Both the position numbers and the translations under genes were made by a program. This document shows, piece by piece, positions 1 to 11,994 of a stretch of 64,000 nucleotides of DNA. The stretch is from assembly GCA_010015585.1 (NCBI GenBank), contig ML975149.1; one strand, 5' to 3'. Each line of letters opens with the position of its first letter. The stretch's first letter is position 1. The notes below the pieces were generated by a model. The model had not been told where the DNA came from, ran no database searches, and was given only the letters and a program-made list of their open reading frames with translations. The DNA comes from Eremomyces bilateralis CBS 781.70 (taxonomy: Eukaryota).

Positions 1-159
1 AGACGGCGCTTCCCAAGAGACATGGATAAGTCATCCATATTAAGAAAGAAGTTGCAACATATTGATATGCTTTGTATCTCTTAGAGCTCAAATCCTCTAG
101 TTGGAGCATGTTGGGTAAACAAAAGTCGCGACTGCTGGGCATTCATTCATTGGCTCGGC

Positions 160-304
160 TTTTGCCGAATAAGTCTTGGCATTATTTACGAATATTCGCG
201 AATAATACGAATAAAACGTCTCGAAATTTAGTCGAATACGAATAATCGTTCCCAGGGAAAAGTCGAATACGAATAGCCAAAATCCTTATTCGTGTCCAGC
301 CCTA
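160..304 (-). mobile_element. Terminus (TIR plus subterminal repeats) of a hAT-like DNA transposon or MITE; the body presumably lies left of the window
   Basis: Read inward from 304 on the minus strand the end is TAGGGCTGGACACGAATAAGG, a TAG-start terminus typical of hAT elements. It is preceded by 8 direct (166,189,199,208,233,239,264,270) and 2 inverted (193,287) copies of CGAATA. The other end and any TSD are not visible. Confidence 0.55.
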
Positions 305-1441
305 GTAGGGAGCCAGAAAAATCTTCGATATTTGTGTTGATGGAATGATCTCAAAGTAAATGTGTTGCAACCCCTTATCATGTGAGTACTGGAGTAGATT
401 GAAATGATGGGGATGCTGTCCAGTGAATCTACTATGCTTAGCGGCTGCCAAAAGCTCTCATGTTGATTGCCATGCTATGGTACTTGATACATCCTTCGTA
501 TGGCATAAGAGGCTCCCGCCATCGTCCAAATGGCAAGACATTTGACCTTACATGCTTGTAAATATGCTCTCTGTACACATACACAGTGGGTTTCATCACC
601 ACTGACTGTAAGGGTGGTCACACAGTTCATCCGACCGCATCCCAATCGAGAAAATTGCACGAGACGATGGAATGATGTTTGCCAAATAGGGAGAAAGGAA
701 GAAATGACTTAACTCCCCAAAGACCACGCAAAATTCCACACTTTTGGATGGATTTAAGGAGAGCATAGGGGTATGGGACTGGATTGATAGTCCTAACTCC
801 GAACCAACGGTTTGCAACCGAGGGGTCAAGACTCCAGAGGGGTTCTTGAGGGTCTAGAGCCGAATCATTGCTGGCTCTTTTGTGCCACACATCGAAACGG
901 GAGGATTTTATACATTTAATTAGACGACTGAATACTGGTGTGATATTCTCAGGCTCTCAATGCCTAAAGACTACCAGTAATAGATCGAGGTTGGCCAGAT
1001 GAATGAAGGAACAGTTAAGTAGTTGAGATAAATTCAAACAGAAGCGCGTCACGTGCGTTTATTTAAAGCCAATTTTCTGATGTCATGTGGCCATCCCATG
1101 CACGTGAGCCAATCAGAGCCCCGCCAAAAGCATCACAAGTTCCATTCGGGCGAACGGAGTCTGAATCCCATCGACGTAGCGTCCATTTGGCTCGGGGGAC
1201 TCTTTAAAATGAACTTCCACGCTTCCTCTTTCACTCAGATGTTTGGTCTGATCCCCGAATCCTTTTGCTCCTTCAAGTCCCGCGGAATTACATCGAGCCC
1301 CGTACGTGTACCCAGCTAACAGGTGGTGAAACCTCCGTGGACATGCGGAATCCGACCACAAACCTCTCCCTATAACCCGAACTCTCCTGGCCATCGTGAT
1401 TCTTGAACCCAAGATTAACTGCTAGAAAACCTTCGAGCAAA

Positions 1442-2632
1442 ATGGCCGTGTCGATCACTTCTCCAAATCCTCAAATACTCCTTCAGCCCATTCTCGCATG
1501 CCTCCCGACTGCTTTCGCTTCTCCTCGTCCGCCACCTGCTCTTCTGCCTCTTGTGTCACCGATCTTGAGACAAAAACTTCAGTACCTTTCAGACCCATCA
1601 GGCTCATGGCTACAGCTTCTCTGCTGGGATAAAGAGCAATCGAGTAGCCTCAAAGGCATCGTCGAGGAACTCGATCTAGAACCGCACCCCACATCCGGCG
1701 AGATCGAACTCCCAGATATCCAAGGCCCCGAGTTCCAACGACTGGACAAAGAAACCCTTCATACACGGTTCCAACTTCCCGACCTCCAACTCGCATTTAT
1801 CTACCTCTGGTGCGACGAAGGCGGCGACAACGGCTCCGGTTGGCGACTAGCAGAACTCCTCCCTATCAGCACATCCTCTTCCTCCCAAAACGACGCTTGG
1901 AGTCCAACCATCTCATCCGCCGAAGACCGACACGAAATGGCCGTCAAACAACTCACCACCGCCTCCAACGGTGGCACTCACGGAGAAAGCCATGTCGATG
2001 CTCCCTCCCGACCCAGCTCTACCGCTGACGACGATTCATACTGGGCGATGTACGACCAGACACCAGGCAGAACACCCAACCGCACCCCAGCCAAACGGTC
2101 ACCTGCGCCGTTCAATATGGAGAAAATATACGAGTCCGAGGAGACGAAAAGCACCGCCGTTCAGCCACCCACTGCCGAGGAGCTGGAGTACTTCGCGCGG
2201 TACATGTCGGAAGTGCAACCGGCGCTGGATCCCGAGGATCCGGACGAGCAGCAGCTGGGACAACACGAGTCGACGTTGAATGGCGATTCGCTGCCGTGGC
2301 ACGGCAACGGAGCGGAAGCGGCGTCATCTTCAAAAGACGCAGTTCCGGCTCCGGAGACCGTCGAGGGTGCCAATGGGGACACCGCTTTCCAACCACGCAT
2401 CGAGTCCCCTCAGCCGCGCTCCTCGCGCTCCAGCTCCTCCGCCCGATCGGTGGAGAAGCTGGAGGAGGAAGCGGCGCGGTCGAACCAGACCGAGGTGGCG
2501 GTGAAGCAGCACATCAGCACGGATATCAAGAGCCTGTTTCGGCTCGCGAAGGCGTCGGGGATGGATCGGGCGGAATTCGAGCGGGTGGTGAAGACCGAGT
2601 TGGAGATGTTGGTGATGATGGAGAGGGAATGA
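1442..2632 (+). CDS. Conserved fungal hypothetical protein
   Basis: Single ORF from ATG 1442 (MAVSITSPNP...LPTAFASPRPPPALLPLVSPILRQK...VKQHISTDIKSLFRLAKASGMDRAEFER) with coding-like composition. No function recognised. Confidence 0.8.
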   Translation: MAVSITSPNPQILLQPILACLPTAFASPRPPPALLPLVSPILRQKLQYLSDPSGSWLQLLCWDKEQSSSLKGIVEELDLEPHPTSGEIELPDIQGPEFQRLDKETLHTRFQLPDLQLAFIYLWCDEGGDNGSGWRLAELLPISTSSSSQNDAWSPTISSAEDRHEMAVKQLTTASNGGTHGESHVDAPSRPSSTADDDSYWAMYDQTPGRTPNRTPAKRSPAPFNMEKIYESEETKSTAVQPPTAEELEYFARYMSEVQPALDPEDPDEQQLGQHESTLNGDSLPWHGNGAEAASSSKDAVPAPETVEGANGDTAFQPRIESPQPRSSRSSSSARSVEKLEEEAARSNQTEVAVKQHISTDIKSLFRLAKASGMDRAEFERVVKTELEMLVMMERE

Positions 2633-2960
2633 ATGGGGATTTGGGATTTGATGTATTTGTTTGCATGTGATTGGGTTGGGACTGGATCTGTTGGATACTT
2701 GCATACCAAACTGGATTGGGAGGACTGGCATCAGCATCGGCGCTGGAGTCGCTTGGTATTTATCATTGGACGGAGTCGTAGCGCTTTGACTAACATGTTG
2801 GAAAGAAATATGATCATATCCTGAGGCTGTTCGTGCATCTTGACCGTCCAACTCCATCCAGTGCTCGAAATGCAATACTTAGTCCAGAAACGCCTCATTC
2901 AACATCCCCATTTTCCAATCAACCCACAACCCAAGGAGAAAATCCCCATCCGACGCAAAT

Positions 2961-3839
2961 TCAACCCCTCCTTCTCGTCCCCCCCTTCACCCCACCTCCA
3001 CTCTTCAACGCATTCAACACATCCTTCAGCTCACTCGGCCCAACATTCGCCTCCGTGACGTTCCCCCTGCCAATCTCCTCCGTCACGTTATTCGGGTCCG
3101 CCTGACCGACCACTGGGACCGACGACGCGAGCCATTGCTGGAACGGCTGCGCGACGAACTGGCCGTCGCTGGTGTAGAAGCGGGAGAACGGGACGGAGAG
3201 GGAGAGGGTCCGGGGAGGGGTGGATGGCGAGGCGGTAGAGGTGATGGTTGCGGTGAGATGGTAGGTTGGGTCGTGTTTTTCGGTGCGGGTGGAGATGGAA
3301 AGCTGGGAGACTGGTGAGCATTTGCTTATCCACGAGCTTCAATATGATGCAGCTCGGGGTTGCAGGGCGAGTCTCAAAAGACTGAAGAGGTACATACCTT
3401 CGTTCCCTGCTTCTCCCCAACGTATATCACACCCTTCTCCACGAACCACAGCCAGTACGAAAATGCCCCGTTTAACAGGAAGTACGCGATCACCGCTGGC
3501 AATGTATATGCCTTGGTCGCGTCCCAGCCCAGGGTCCAGTCGAAGTAGAAGAGCGCTCCGCCGATGATGACGGCAGCGTAGCCCAGCGCGAGTCGTACAT
3601 CGGTGAGGTAATGTAGTTGACGGAATTTGAGAGAGTTCAGGTAGTTCGGGAGGGCATCGTCGGTGGTGTTCTTGAGGTCTATAAAGTCGCAATGGTTAGC
3701 AATCGGTTATATCGACCTGCCAGGTTTCATAATGGATGGTCCTGCAGGAGCAAGCTGTCCTAGAGTGGGATGGCACTGGAGAGTGGGAGGGAGAATTACC
3801 GGAAAGGTTATACACCGCAATCTTGCCTGGCGAAGACAT
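2961..3839 (-). CDS. SPC2: Signal peptidase complex subunit 2 (SPC25 family), 3 exons
   Basis: Spliced translation MSSPGKIAVYNLS/DLKNTTDDALPNYL...TDVRLALGYAAVIIGGALFYFDW...YFLLNGAFSYWLWFVEKG.../...FSRFYTSDGQFVAQPFQQWL. Two TM helices; GT-AG introns with branch sites. Confidence 0.9.
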
Positions 3840-4098
3840 TTTCGAGTTGATTTGGTTTATAGAATCCTGTGGAAAGGGATTGTCGTGTGCTGAATTGGAG
3901 ATCGCCAGTTGAGGCCAGATGCACAGACGATGTCTAAGAGTTGATGATGCCAAGCCGGGGGAGCTTGACGAGGAGTGGAGCGTCCATGTCAACTTCACGA
4001 ATTTATGTCCGCTTGATTAGACCATCTCCTTTTACCTCACCTTATCGGAGCGAGTATATTCTGTAGCATCAGCGTCAGAGCCACTACAGAATATCAAG

Positions 4099-5115
4099 AT
4101 GGCGCAGCCAGTGGTGCAGACAATCCATCGAGATCCGTCTCTCTTGTAAGACGTCGAGTTGCTCCATACCATGAGAGACGACTAACGATGTCCTAGCTAC
4201 TGGATCCTCGTTCCTATCACCGTAGTCATGGTCCGTCAGTCCGATCACAAGCCCCTCCGATCCCTCCTAACGCTCCGCTAGATCCTCACCGGCATCCTCC
4301 GCCACTACGCAATGATCCTCCTCCAATCCGCCCCGAAGAAACAAGGCGTCAAGGACATCCGCCAGACGCGCAGTCTGATGCGCGGCGTGAACCTTCGCAA
4401 CAACGCATCCGTTCTCACGCGCCCGAGCTTCGAGTCACGGAAGAACTACCTCGTCCCCGCGTATCAGGACGGCACCTTCCTCGCTGAGCCGGAGAAGCGA
4501 GGGCAGCCGCGCGCAAATCCGATGAGCGATCCGGCGGCGATGGAAGGGATGATGGGCATGATGAAAAATCAGGTGGTGATGATGGTGCCGCAGACGTTGA
4601 TCATGGGGTGGATTAATGCGTTCTTCTCTGGATTTGTGATCCGTAAGTGGAGCGATTCACGTTGGGAATAGCAGAGGCTAATATCAGAATAGTGAAGCTT
4701 CCTTTCCCGCTCACGCCGCAGTTCAAGTCAATGCTGCAGTCGGGGGTTGGAACGCGTGACTTGGATGTGAGATGGGTATCAAGTTTATCATTCTATTTCC
4801 TTTGCTTGTTTGGCTTGCAACCGGTCTACAATTTCATCCTTGGGAGCAACAACTGTAAGTTTTCCCAACTCATGGCCCCGCGAGGACTTGTTCTCCTTTA
4901 AATTTTCTCGGATTCCTTACTAAGCTCCGGCTACAGCGGCCAGTCAAGTCAGCCAGCAAATGGCGCAAATGAACCCAGGAGCTGGCATAACAGCCATGGA
5001 CCCCAATCAAGACCCCGATAAGCTCTTCTTGAGTGAGGCGGAGAACCTCGAGGTTACGGAGCTACGGTCGATTCTCGAGGGGATCGAAGGGCGGATCTTG
5101 GAGCAACTAAGGTGA
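4099..5115 (+). CDS. EMC3: ER membrane protein complex subunit 3 (DUF106), multi-exon
   Basis: Motifs IHRDPSL, YWILVPITVVM, ILTGILRHY, PQTLIMGWINAFFSGFVI, KLPFPLTPQFKSMLQSGV and DLDVRWVSSLSFYFL. Confidence 0.93.
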
Positions 5116-5581
5116 GGCAGTTGGTAGGACATTGTTGTACACTCATGCGCCATTTGAGTGTGAACTTTGTCGTCGATGCGAACTACTTTTAGTTCTCTGA
5201 TACGAGGGGCTGAAGCGCCGCTACCTTCTGCCAGCGAAGCAGTACAATTCATCAGACGGTGTTATTGCCATACAAGCTTGGCTACAGCATGGCATGATGG
5301 AGCGCGGAGTATTAAGGCGTTAAGTCCGTATCTCAAGGCATCCGTGGAAGCCTATGGATTGCTTGAAAGAGGCAGTGCTCATCGTGGGACGACTCACATT
5401 TTGTATCATGTATCGCACTTGTCTTAATCCGAACGATGGTACGAAACAAGTATAATAAAGGAAGCCTGCAGTGCTCAGCCTGGTACCGCTTAGTCACAGT
5501 GTCTAGTCTGTACTCTCACTCTCGCTCTCACGCGTATAAATCCAATTTCCAATTTCAACGCCGTCAATTGTGTAGTCATAT

Positions 5582-6928
5582 ATGTCAAGGATGATTAGCC
5601 CTCGACTCCGGGTGGCGGCATGTATGACGGAAAGAGGTTGCTTGACCTGTCTCACAATGGACTTAGTCCCTTCCCTGATTTTTGGCACGTAAATGTGTTC
5701 GTTCGAGAGGTCGGAGACCTCGTCGATGCCCAGGTAGTCGACATTCTAGTGGTCATTCAAGGCTCGAATAACTACGTGAGCATTCCAGAGTTTTCGTGAG
5801 CATTTCAATCTACATGTGCTAAACTTGAATAGGAGATTCATATCAGTCTGTCTCGTGATGATTTCAACATGCCACACTTCGACGGCTTTCCTTTGGCCGT
5901 CCAAGTCCCCGAGGCGGAATTTGAGGTTGCTGTTTATGACCTCTTGGATTCCCGGCCCAATATTCGGGCATCTCGCCTCCTCTAACACTAACTCCCAGTA
6001 CAGCACACTGGAGCTGGTCGCACTCCGCCCAGAGATATTACTGGGCGTCGGCTATTCATATTCGAAAGGGCGGAAGGAGAGAGTAATATGTGGGAGGACC
6101 TGGGCCTCGAAGAAAAGGCACTCTTCGACCCCGCTACTAGTAACACTTGCTTGTCGCTAATTTCCCCTACCTAGGCCCGTCTTCTCTCTCAAGGGGCACA
6201 AATCCGTGCAGCGCTATTCATGTTTGATCCTCCATCTGGTTTCACTACCCAATGGCTCCCTGAGCCTCTTTTGTGCAGAAGCCAAAGTATTTTTCTGTTC
6301 CCGTTTCTCCCACGCCCGAATTCTGCGTTGCTCTCTTTACGTTCAATATCGAAGCCACTATTGGTGACTTAGGCCCCATGATTGGAAGGGAGGACGACAA
6401 CACTGTCGTCGGCCCCATTGCCTCAGCGGCGAAGCAGTCTCTCGTACGACTTGTTCCGCTTATCCTCCCTTTAGCAGGCAAACAATCGGCGTTATATCAC
6501 TTCGTTGTATGACTGGGTGGCTGGGTGCATAATTCCAGCAATCTTGTTGAATCCAGAAATGGCCGTTGCCGTTGGCTTTTCGACGGACTTTGGCTTGGTG
6601 GACGAAAACGGTACCACTTCTATCACGCGAGTACCCAAGGTCATAAACCCGGAAATGCATTCAGAGTTCATGACGTGGAATAGGGGATATTTCAAGATGT
6701 GGATATAAACCTTGAGTATTATTCGTGGATGGAACAGACAAATAACCCCTTTCACCAGTGCAGATTCTCTTTGACGAAGTCCCTGATTACGAATATGTCA
6801 TCAACGCTGGAAAAGACGCATGTCATTTGTGGTTTGCTTTGAGAGACTGGCGAGGTAGGGATCTAGAGGGATATTTTGGAAACATTGGGCCCTGGGCCGA
6901 AAGAAGGGTCAATGAAATTACCGGATAA
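5582..6928 (+). pseudogene. Degenerate fungal aminoglycoside-phosphotransferase-like (kinase-fold) gene
   Basis: Stitched frames read YDGKRLLDL...GSNNY / DDFNMPHFDGFPLAVQVPEAEFEVAVYDLL...ASRLL*H*LPVQH...GRRLFIFERAEG / IRAALF...EFCVALFTFNIEATIG...VGPIASAAKQSL...YDWVAGCIIPAILLNP / AGKDACHLWFALRDWRG. There are in-frame stops, a frame jump at ~6505 and non-canonical donors. Family recognised from memory; the start is approximate. Confidence 0.55.
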
Positions 6929-9900
6929 TCTCATGTCATTCACACAATCGAAGTGTAGCTGGAATGGATCTGAAAATATCCAGTACAGAGAGCCCTATTC
7001 GGGTACCGTATGAAGAAACATGAAGCTTAACAAATCAGTTGGAGCCCAACCATGGGCAATCGTGTTCATAAATCAAAAAGATCCTCTAGTATGCTCTGAA
7101 CATGGCTCTCTCCATAGTACCAACGCTAGCATCTCCCTTCGCATCTGGCATCCATGGCGAAAAGGTCCTCAAAACGCGGCACTTTGGGCATTCGAGCTAG
7201 GACAGCGGAAATGGTATCAAGGAAAGCCTTCGCAGCATGCGTACATATCAGGGTTCCAGAAAATCCCGACGTTGGAACGGGTAAGAATGGTCTGACGGTT
7301 ATTCTAACGGGATTTCAGTTGGTACCGTACCTTACTATTGATCACTGGGCGGTTCGAGATTTAATGAAACTGGCTTACCTGCCTGCCTTCTATACTGATA
7401 TAACTGATTGTACTGCAGAGATGAACGTGAGTCGGAATAATTACTGATAACTTCCAGAGAAATATGGGGCTAAGGCTTCCATTTATAATGGTGGTTGGCT
7501 GCCTTCTTGCATCTTGGTCTCATCAGCAAGGCATCAGTGTTGCAGACGTCCAGAAAGGGTTACTTCAGTTAGTTAGCTTCTCCTCCAACTAACCACCTTA
7601 TCGTACCCATCAGCCTATCCGACAAAGCACCTACCTACCGTACAGCAGCCTATCTTAGATGAGAACCAGTTCCACACCACTTTGCGTGGCGAGAATGATA
7701 GGTAATTCTCTTCCTACACTGCCGCAGCCTATTGTACATGGGATCCCTCGCGGCGGCGCACGGAGGAATTGATGAACACTCCAGGACTCCAGACGTATCA
7801 AGTGTTCTCGGAGGCCTCTCACTATGCAAGATGAACTCCTATTACCCCACGCCATTTAACAATGACTGCTCAGACTGAAACATCAGGCAGTTGGTCTATC
7901 CTCTGGTGCATGCTAACGGGAGCACCGGAGCACAGAAATCAGGCGTCAATACCAACGGTCAAGGTGCTTCCAAAGTGCGAACTGCGAAGGATAAAGTTTG
8001 TATCACCGAGTTCATGGTTTGGTTGGTTGTTCGCCGCAACTCCAGTTCGGGCTCACTCTGAAGATCTCCCGGGATTCGTTGCCTGGCCGTCGACCAATTC
8101 TTAGCGCCCGTCCTCCTGCATGGGTTTTGCCCCAGTATTAATCCCGCTCCCCGCCTCCTGGCCACCAGCCAGTAATCAACAAGCTGTCCCGTTGTCATTA
8201 TTCATCTCTGAAGTCGAAACTGCATACAGGTCCTTGGCTGCGCTATTGTTCCTCCGGTATCCTGTTCCTCAGCCACCACTAAAGTCATGCTATGTGATCT
8301 ATCTTTACCAGAGGACATATCCAATGAACCATGCGCCTCCCCCCCCATAACAATTCCCTCTGGCGTTCTCTGAGGCGGGAATATGGGGGCCCATGATCTG
8401 TCTATTTTATTCGACCGCTTGGGTAAAAAGGGTCGAGCGTTGCAGCATGAGCGTTCAATTTCATCTTTTCAGCTCATCGACCAGGGAGGAAAAGGATGAA
8501 TCACGTTCGGCGACGTGGGAATGATGTTGGTTCCCAATCCAGCGAATGATCTTCGCGGCGCGGTTCTCAGTGGTCAGTCCTGCTATAACCGGCCTCAAAA
8601 CGCAGGATGGCGACCAGGGACTTCGAATTCCTCAGTGCATCCGACCTACCGACCCGATGCGCTGGGCTCGTTTGTAGAGGCAAGCATCCCAGTGATCCCT
8701 TTTCCCGAACATGGGGCTAGGCGGATGAGGCGACTTTCGTCGCCTCATTCACTCATTGATCATGCTCGAGGTTTCTCCCGATGTCACGCATTGACCCCGC
8801 TGGACACTTGAACGGATCCTGGAGGCTGGAATCGTCCCCATGCGGTCTCTCATGATCGAGTACGTATACAGCAATTTCCATGGCTTCGCTTGGATTGTCT
8901 TGATTAGTCGGCCCCTCCCGCAGATCGCCCGGGGTTGGAGAATCCATTTCATGGAACGTGCGCCATAGGGTTTATGCCTCATGGCTGAAAGATTGTCAAT
9001 TGTATTGCAAGCCCGGGCCTCAAAGCGCGACAAATCGTGGTGGGCGACTGGCTAGATGCCGCCAAAACTGGGGGAGGGGTCAAGTCCCTCGAAAGCAAGC
9101 AAAAGGGCGCGGGCACGCGGCCCACGTATCCTCCGACCTGGGAGTTTAGGGTGTTAAACCTGTCCAACAATACATTAAAATTGCCATTTCTTTTTCTCAT
9201 CTCCGCCTCCTTCCCGCACTCCCTCATGGTGAGCGTCCTGACGGCACAAGTGGTAGCTCGAAGCCAACGATGATTTGTTCTTCCACCGGGATTGATTGGG
9301 TAGCTGGGCATGTTGGATGCATCCGACACCCCTCCCTCATTGATGCGTTTCGCCCTCCCTGGCCGTGCTAAGCCCACTGCCCACAACAGACCGGTGAAGT
9401 CTGCAGGGGCTGGATAATATGACAGGGAAACAGCGACGCCATGCTTCAGCGCACTCCTCTTTGGGGGGGGGGAGAGTTTGGCTGTGTCGCTGGAAGTCTC
9501 CGCAGAGCCGCATCCTCGAGTCCTCCACGAGCCAAGTCCATAAAGCGAGCATATCAGTTGCGACGGAGCAAGTTGGAATAATGTGTTGTTCATACGATCA
9601 AACAGGAACACTGCGGTCAGAGTCCTCGGGCAGTGCTGCTATTTCGCTAAGCTACTCTTAATTGATTTGTTCATTGGTCGTACCATCCTGTCAATTTTCT
9701 ATCCGTTGAATCGTCGAGAATCCTCCAGTCTGCCCTACACTAGCATTATATCTCCTCCGAAGCATTGCCACTCCGTTGCGTCACTGTTTGTTCCTCAAAA
9801 CAGTCTCACGCTTCGTTTGGTATTAGTGTCTAACTTATACTTAAGCTTGGCCGGCCATCTATTCGGCCAACGAGTCTTCCCGGTTCCTGGTGTTTCATAT

Positions 9901-10074
9901 GCTGAAGAACAGTGTTCCTATTGCCACTGTCGATTCGTATATCTGGGATTACTCGTGCTCTGACTCCACTGTCTTGACTACTCGGAATCCCGCATCCTGT
10001 GGTCTGCATTTGCAACCAGTGCTCAGAAAATAGTTGGATGATTCCTTAGTCAGGCCGCTGTTTCTCTCCACGAG

Positions 10075-11649
10075 ATGTATCCCGATATACCCCAATTCCA
10101 CTTCGAGGGCGGAAATATCCCTTATCACTCGTACAGCTGGCCTGAGAACGTGGATGCAACCACTGGCGGTTATATGAGTGCCAAGAGGCCCTACCTACCT
10201 GACACTTCTTACGAATACGGTATTATGACGCCCCGGTCGTCGTCAAACATGGACCGGTTCATGGATGACCGTGTGACATACGTTCCCCAGTTCCAACTAT
10301 ACGAACCGCGGAATCAGGGACTGAAACCGAATGGAGCAAAGGTGTTCCCTCGTGCCTGCGATGAGCACTTGCCAGATATGTATCCACGACACCCTTCTCC
10401 AGGAGGATCACATTCATCTCGATCAAGCGGATACCACAGCGACGAAATATATGGCCCACAGAGTGGATACGGACCCACACCACCTTACTCCATGGGTTCC
10501 CCAAACGACTTCAGTCAACAAAGTCTCCCCTACCCGGAGCTTGGTGGCGGCTCATCGGTTGCTCTCCGTGATGTCCAGCAGTTCCAGGACGAGCAACCGG
10601 AGCAAATCGTTCCAACAATGGAGCGAGATGACCTCCGCATTGTGTATGAGAATCACTCATACGAGGCCGATGAGGAGTTCGCACGTACCCAATACGAACA
10701 ACAATGGGTCACTCCCGACGACGACAGCTGCCGCGACGCTGATGGCGAGTCAGTTCACCCGTGCTCCACAGACGACGCCTCCGACTCGGAGTACTCTCCG
10801 CAAGTTACCACCAGCCCTAAAGTGCGCCGCCATATCCCTCGGCGCATTTCTCACCCGAACGCCACATCCCCTAACCGCACCACACCCCGCCGTACCTCCG
10901 GCTCTGGCACCCGCAGCCACGGACGGAACTCATCCACCAGCTCCTCCGGCGGAGTTGTGAACGGAAAGATCAAGAAACGGGCTCACACCCGTTCGAGCTC
11001 CAATGCAGGACACCAACGTTCCTTTCCATGCCTCCTACACAGCTACAAGTGCGACTCCACATTCGCTACAAAGAACGAGTGGAAACGGCATATCAACACC
11101 CAGCACCTACGCCTCGGTTTCTGGCGCTGTGACCACTGTTCAACATCTCCCAATGAAGATGGCTCCATGATATCTTACAATGACTTCAACCGGAAAGACC
11201 TCTTTACACAGCACTTACGGAGGATGCACTTCCCCGAGGCCCAACAAAGCCCGAACAAGAAAGGTAGCACACCAAAGTCTGAAAATTCCGAAAATGGCGT
11301 GGCCGTCGCAGACGAAGCCGAAGCACAAATCGCGAAGTCCCAAGTCAGATGCTACATCGAGCAGCGCTTGCCCCCTTCGCAGTCACGATGTGTGTTCTCG
11401 TTCTGCAAGAAGACGTTTGAGGGCGCGAAGAACTGGGACGAGAGGCTTGAACACGTAGGGAGACATTTGGAGGGGATGTCGAAGGGAAAGGAGGGGAATG
11501 AGAAAGATGGAATGCGGCCGGAGGAGATGTGGGTTGAGGATCAGGAGTTGAGGAGGTGGCTAGAAGACGAGGGGTTGATTGAGGGGGATGGTAAGGGGGG
11601 GTGGAGGGTTGGTGATGGGGTACCAGTCAGGGATCAGGATGGAAATTGA
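10075..11649 (+). CDS. C2H2 zinc-finger transcription factor
   Basis: 524-aa ORF with FPCLLHSYKCDSTFATKNEWKRHINTQH, WRCDHC...FNRKDLFTQHLRRMH and CVFSFCKKTF...WDERLEHVGRH, plus an S/P-rich disordered N-terminal region. Confidence 0.9.
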   Translation: MYPDIPQFHFEGGNIPYHSYSWPENVDATTGGYMSAKRPYLPDTSYEYGIMTPRSSSNMDRFMDDRVTYVPQFQLYEPRNQGLKPNGAKVFPRACDEHLPDMYPRHPSPGGSHSSRSSGYHSDEIYGPQSGYGPTPPYSMGSPNDFSQQSLPYPELGGGSSVALRDVQQFQDEQPEQIVPTMERDDLRIVYENHSYEADEEFARTQYEQQWVTPDDDSCRDADGESVHPCSTDDASDSEYSPQVTTSPKVRRHIPRRISHPNATSPNRTTPRRTSGSGTRSHGRNSSTSSSGGVVNGKIKKRAHTRSSSNAGHQRSFPCLLHSYKCDSTFATKNEWKRHINTQHLRLGFWRCDHCSTSPNEDGSMISYNDFNRKDLFTQHLRRMHFPEAQQSPNKKGSTPKSENSENGVAVADEAEAQIAKSQVRCYIEQRLPPSQSRCVFSFCKKTFEGAKNWDERLEHVGRHLEGMSKGKEGNEKDGMRPEEMWVEDQELRRWLEDEGLIEGDGKGGWRVGDGVPVRDQDGN

Positions 11650-11994
11650 AGAGCTGGTTGTTACAAAATAGGTTGACAACTGGTCATCCCGGTTCTCCAT
11701 GTATGGCGCAATGGTCCTTCTGTGGCTAACTTGGATCAATGTTGCTTATTATGACTGTTATGACTGATACCACATAGTACTTGTAATTTTGACTTGCGAA
11801 ATCATAGTTAATCTGTTTTTAATTTCCGCATAAGACACTATCACTACCGAGCGAAATTGACCTAGTTCATTCAATGTCAGGATTTAATTCTGCTCACCAG
11901 CAGTTAGTGCTGCTCAATCTTCTTGATCAGATTCACTTCATCTGATGTTTTATGATTTTCGGTTTGGGGTGCCTCAGGCAAGAATCCCAAAATG

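Noticed and set aside
7000..10070. Short ORFs upstream of the C2H2 TF
   Set aside because: No motifs or consistent frame; more likely a long promoter and 5' UTR.
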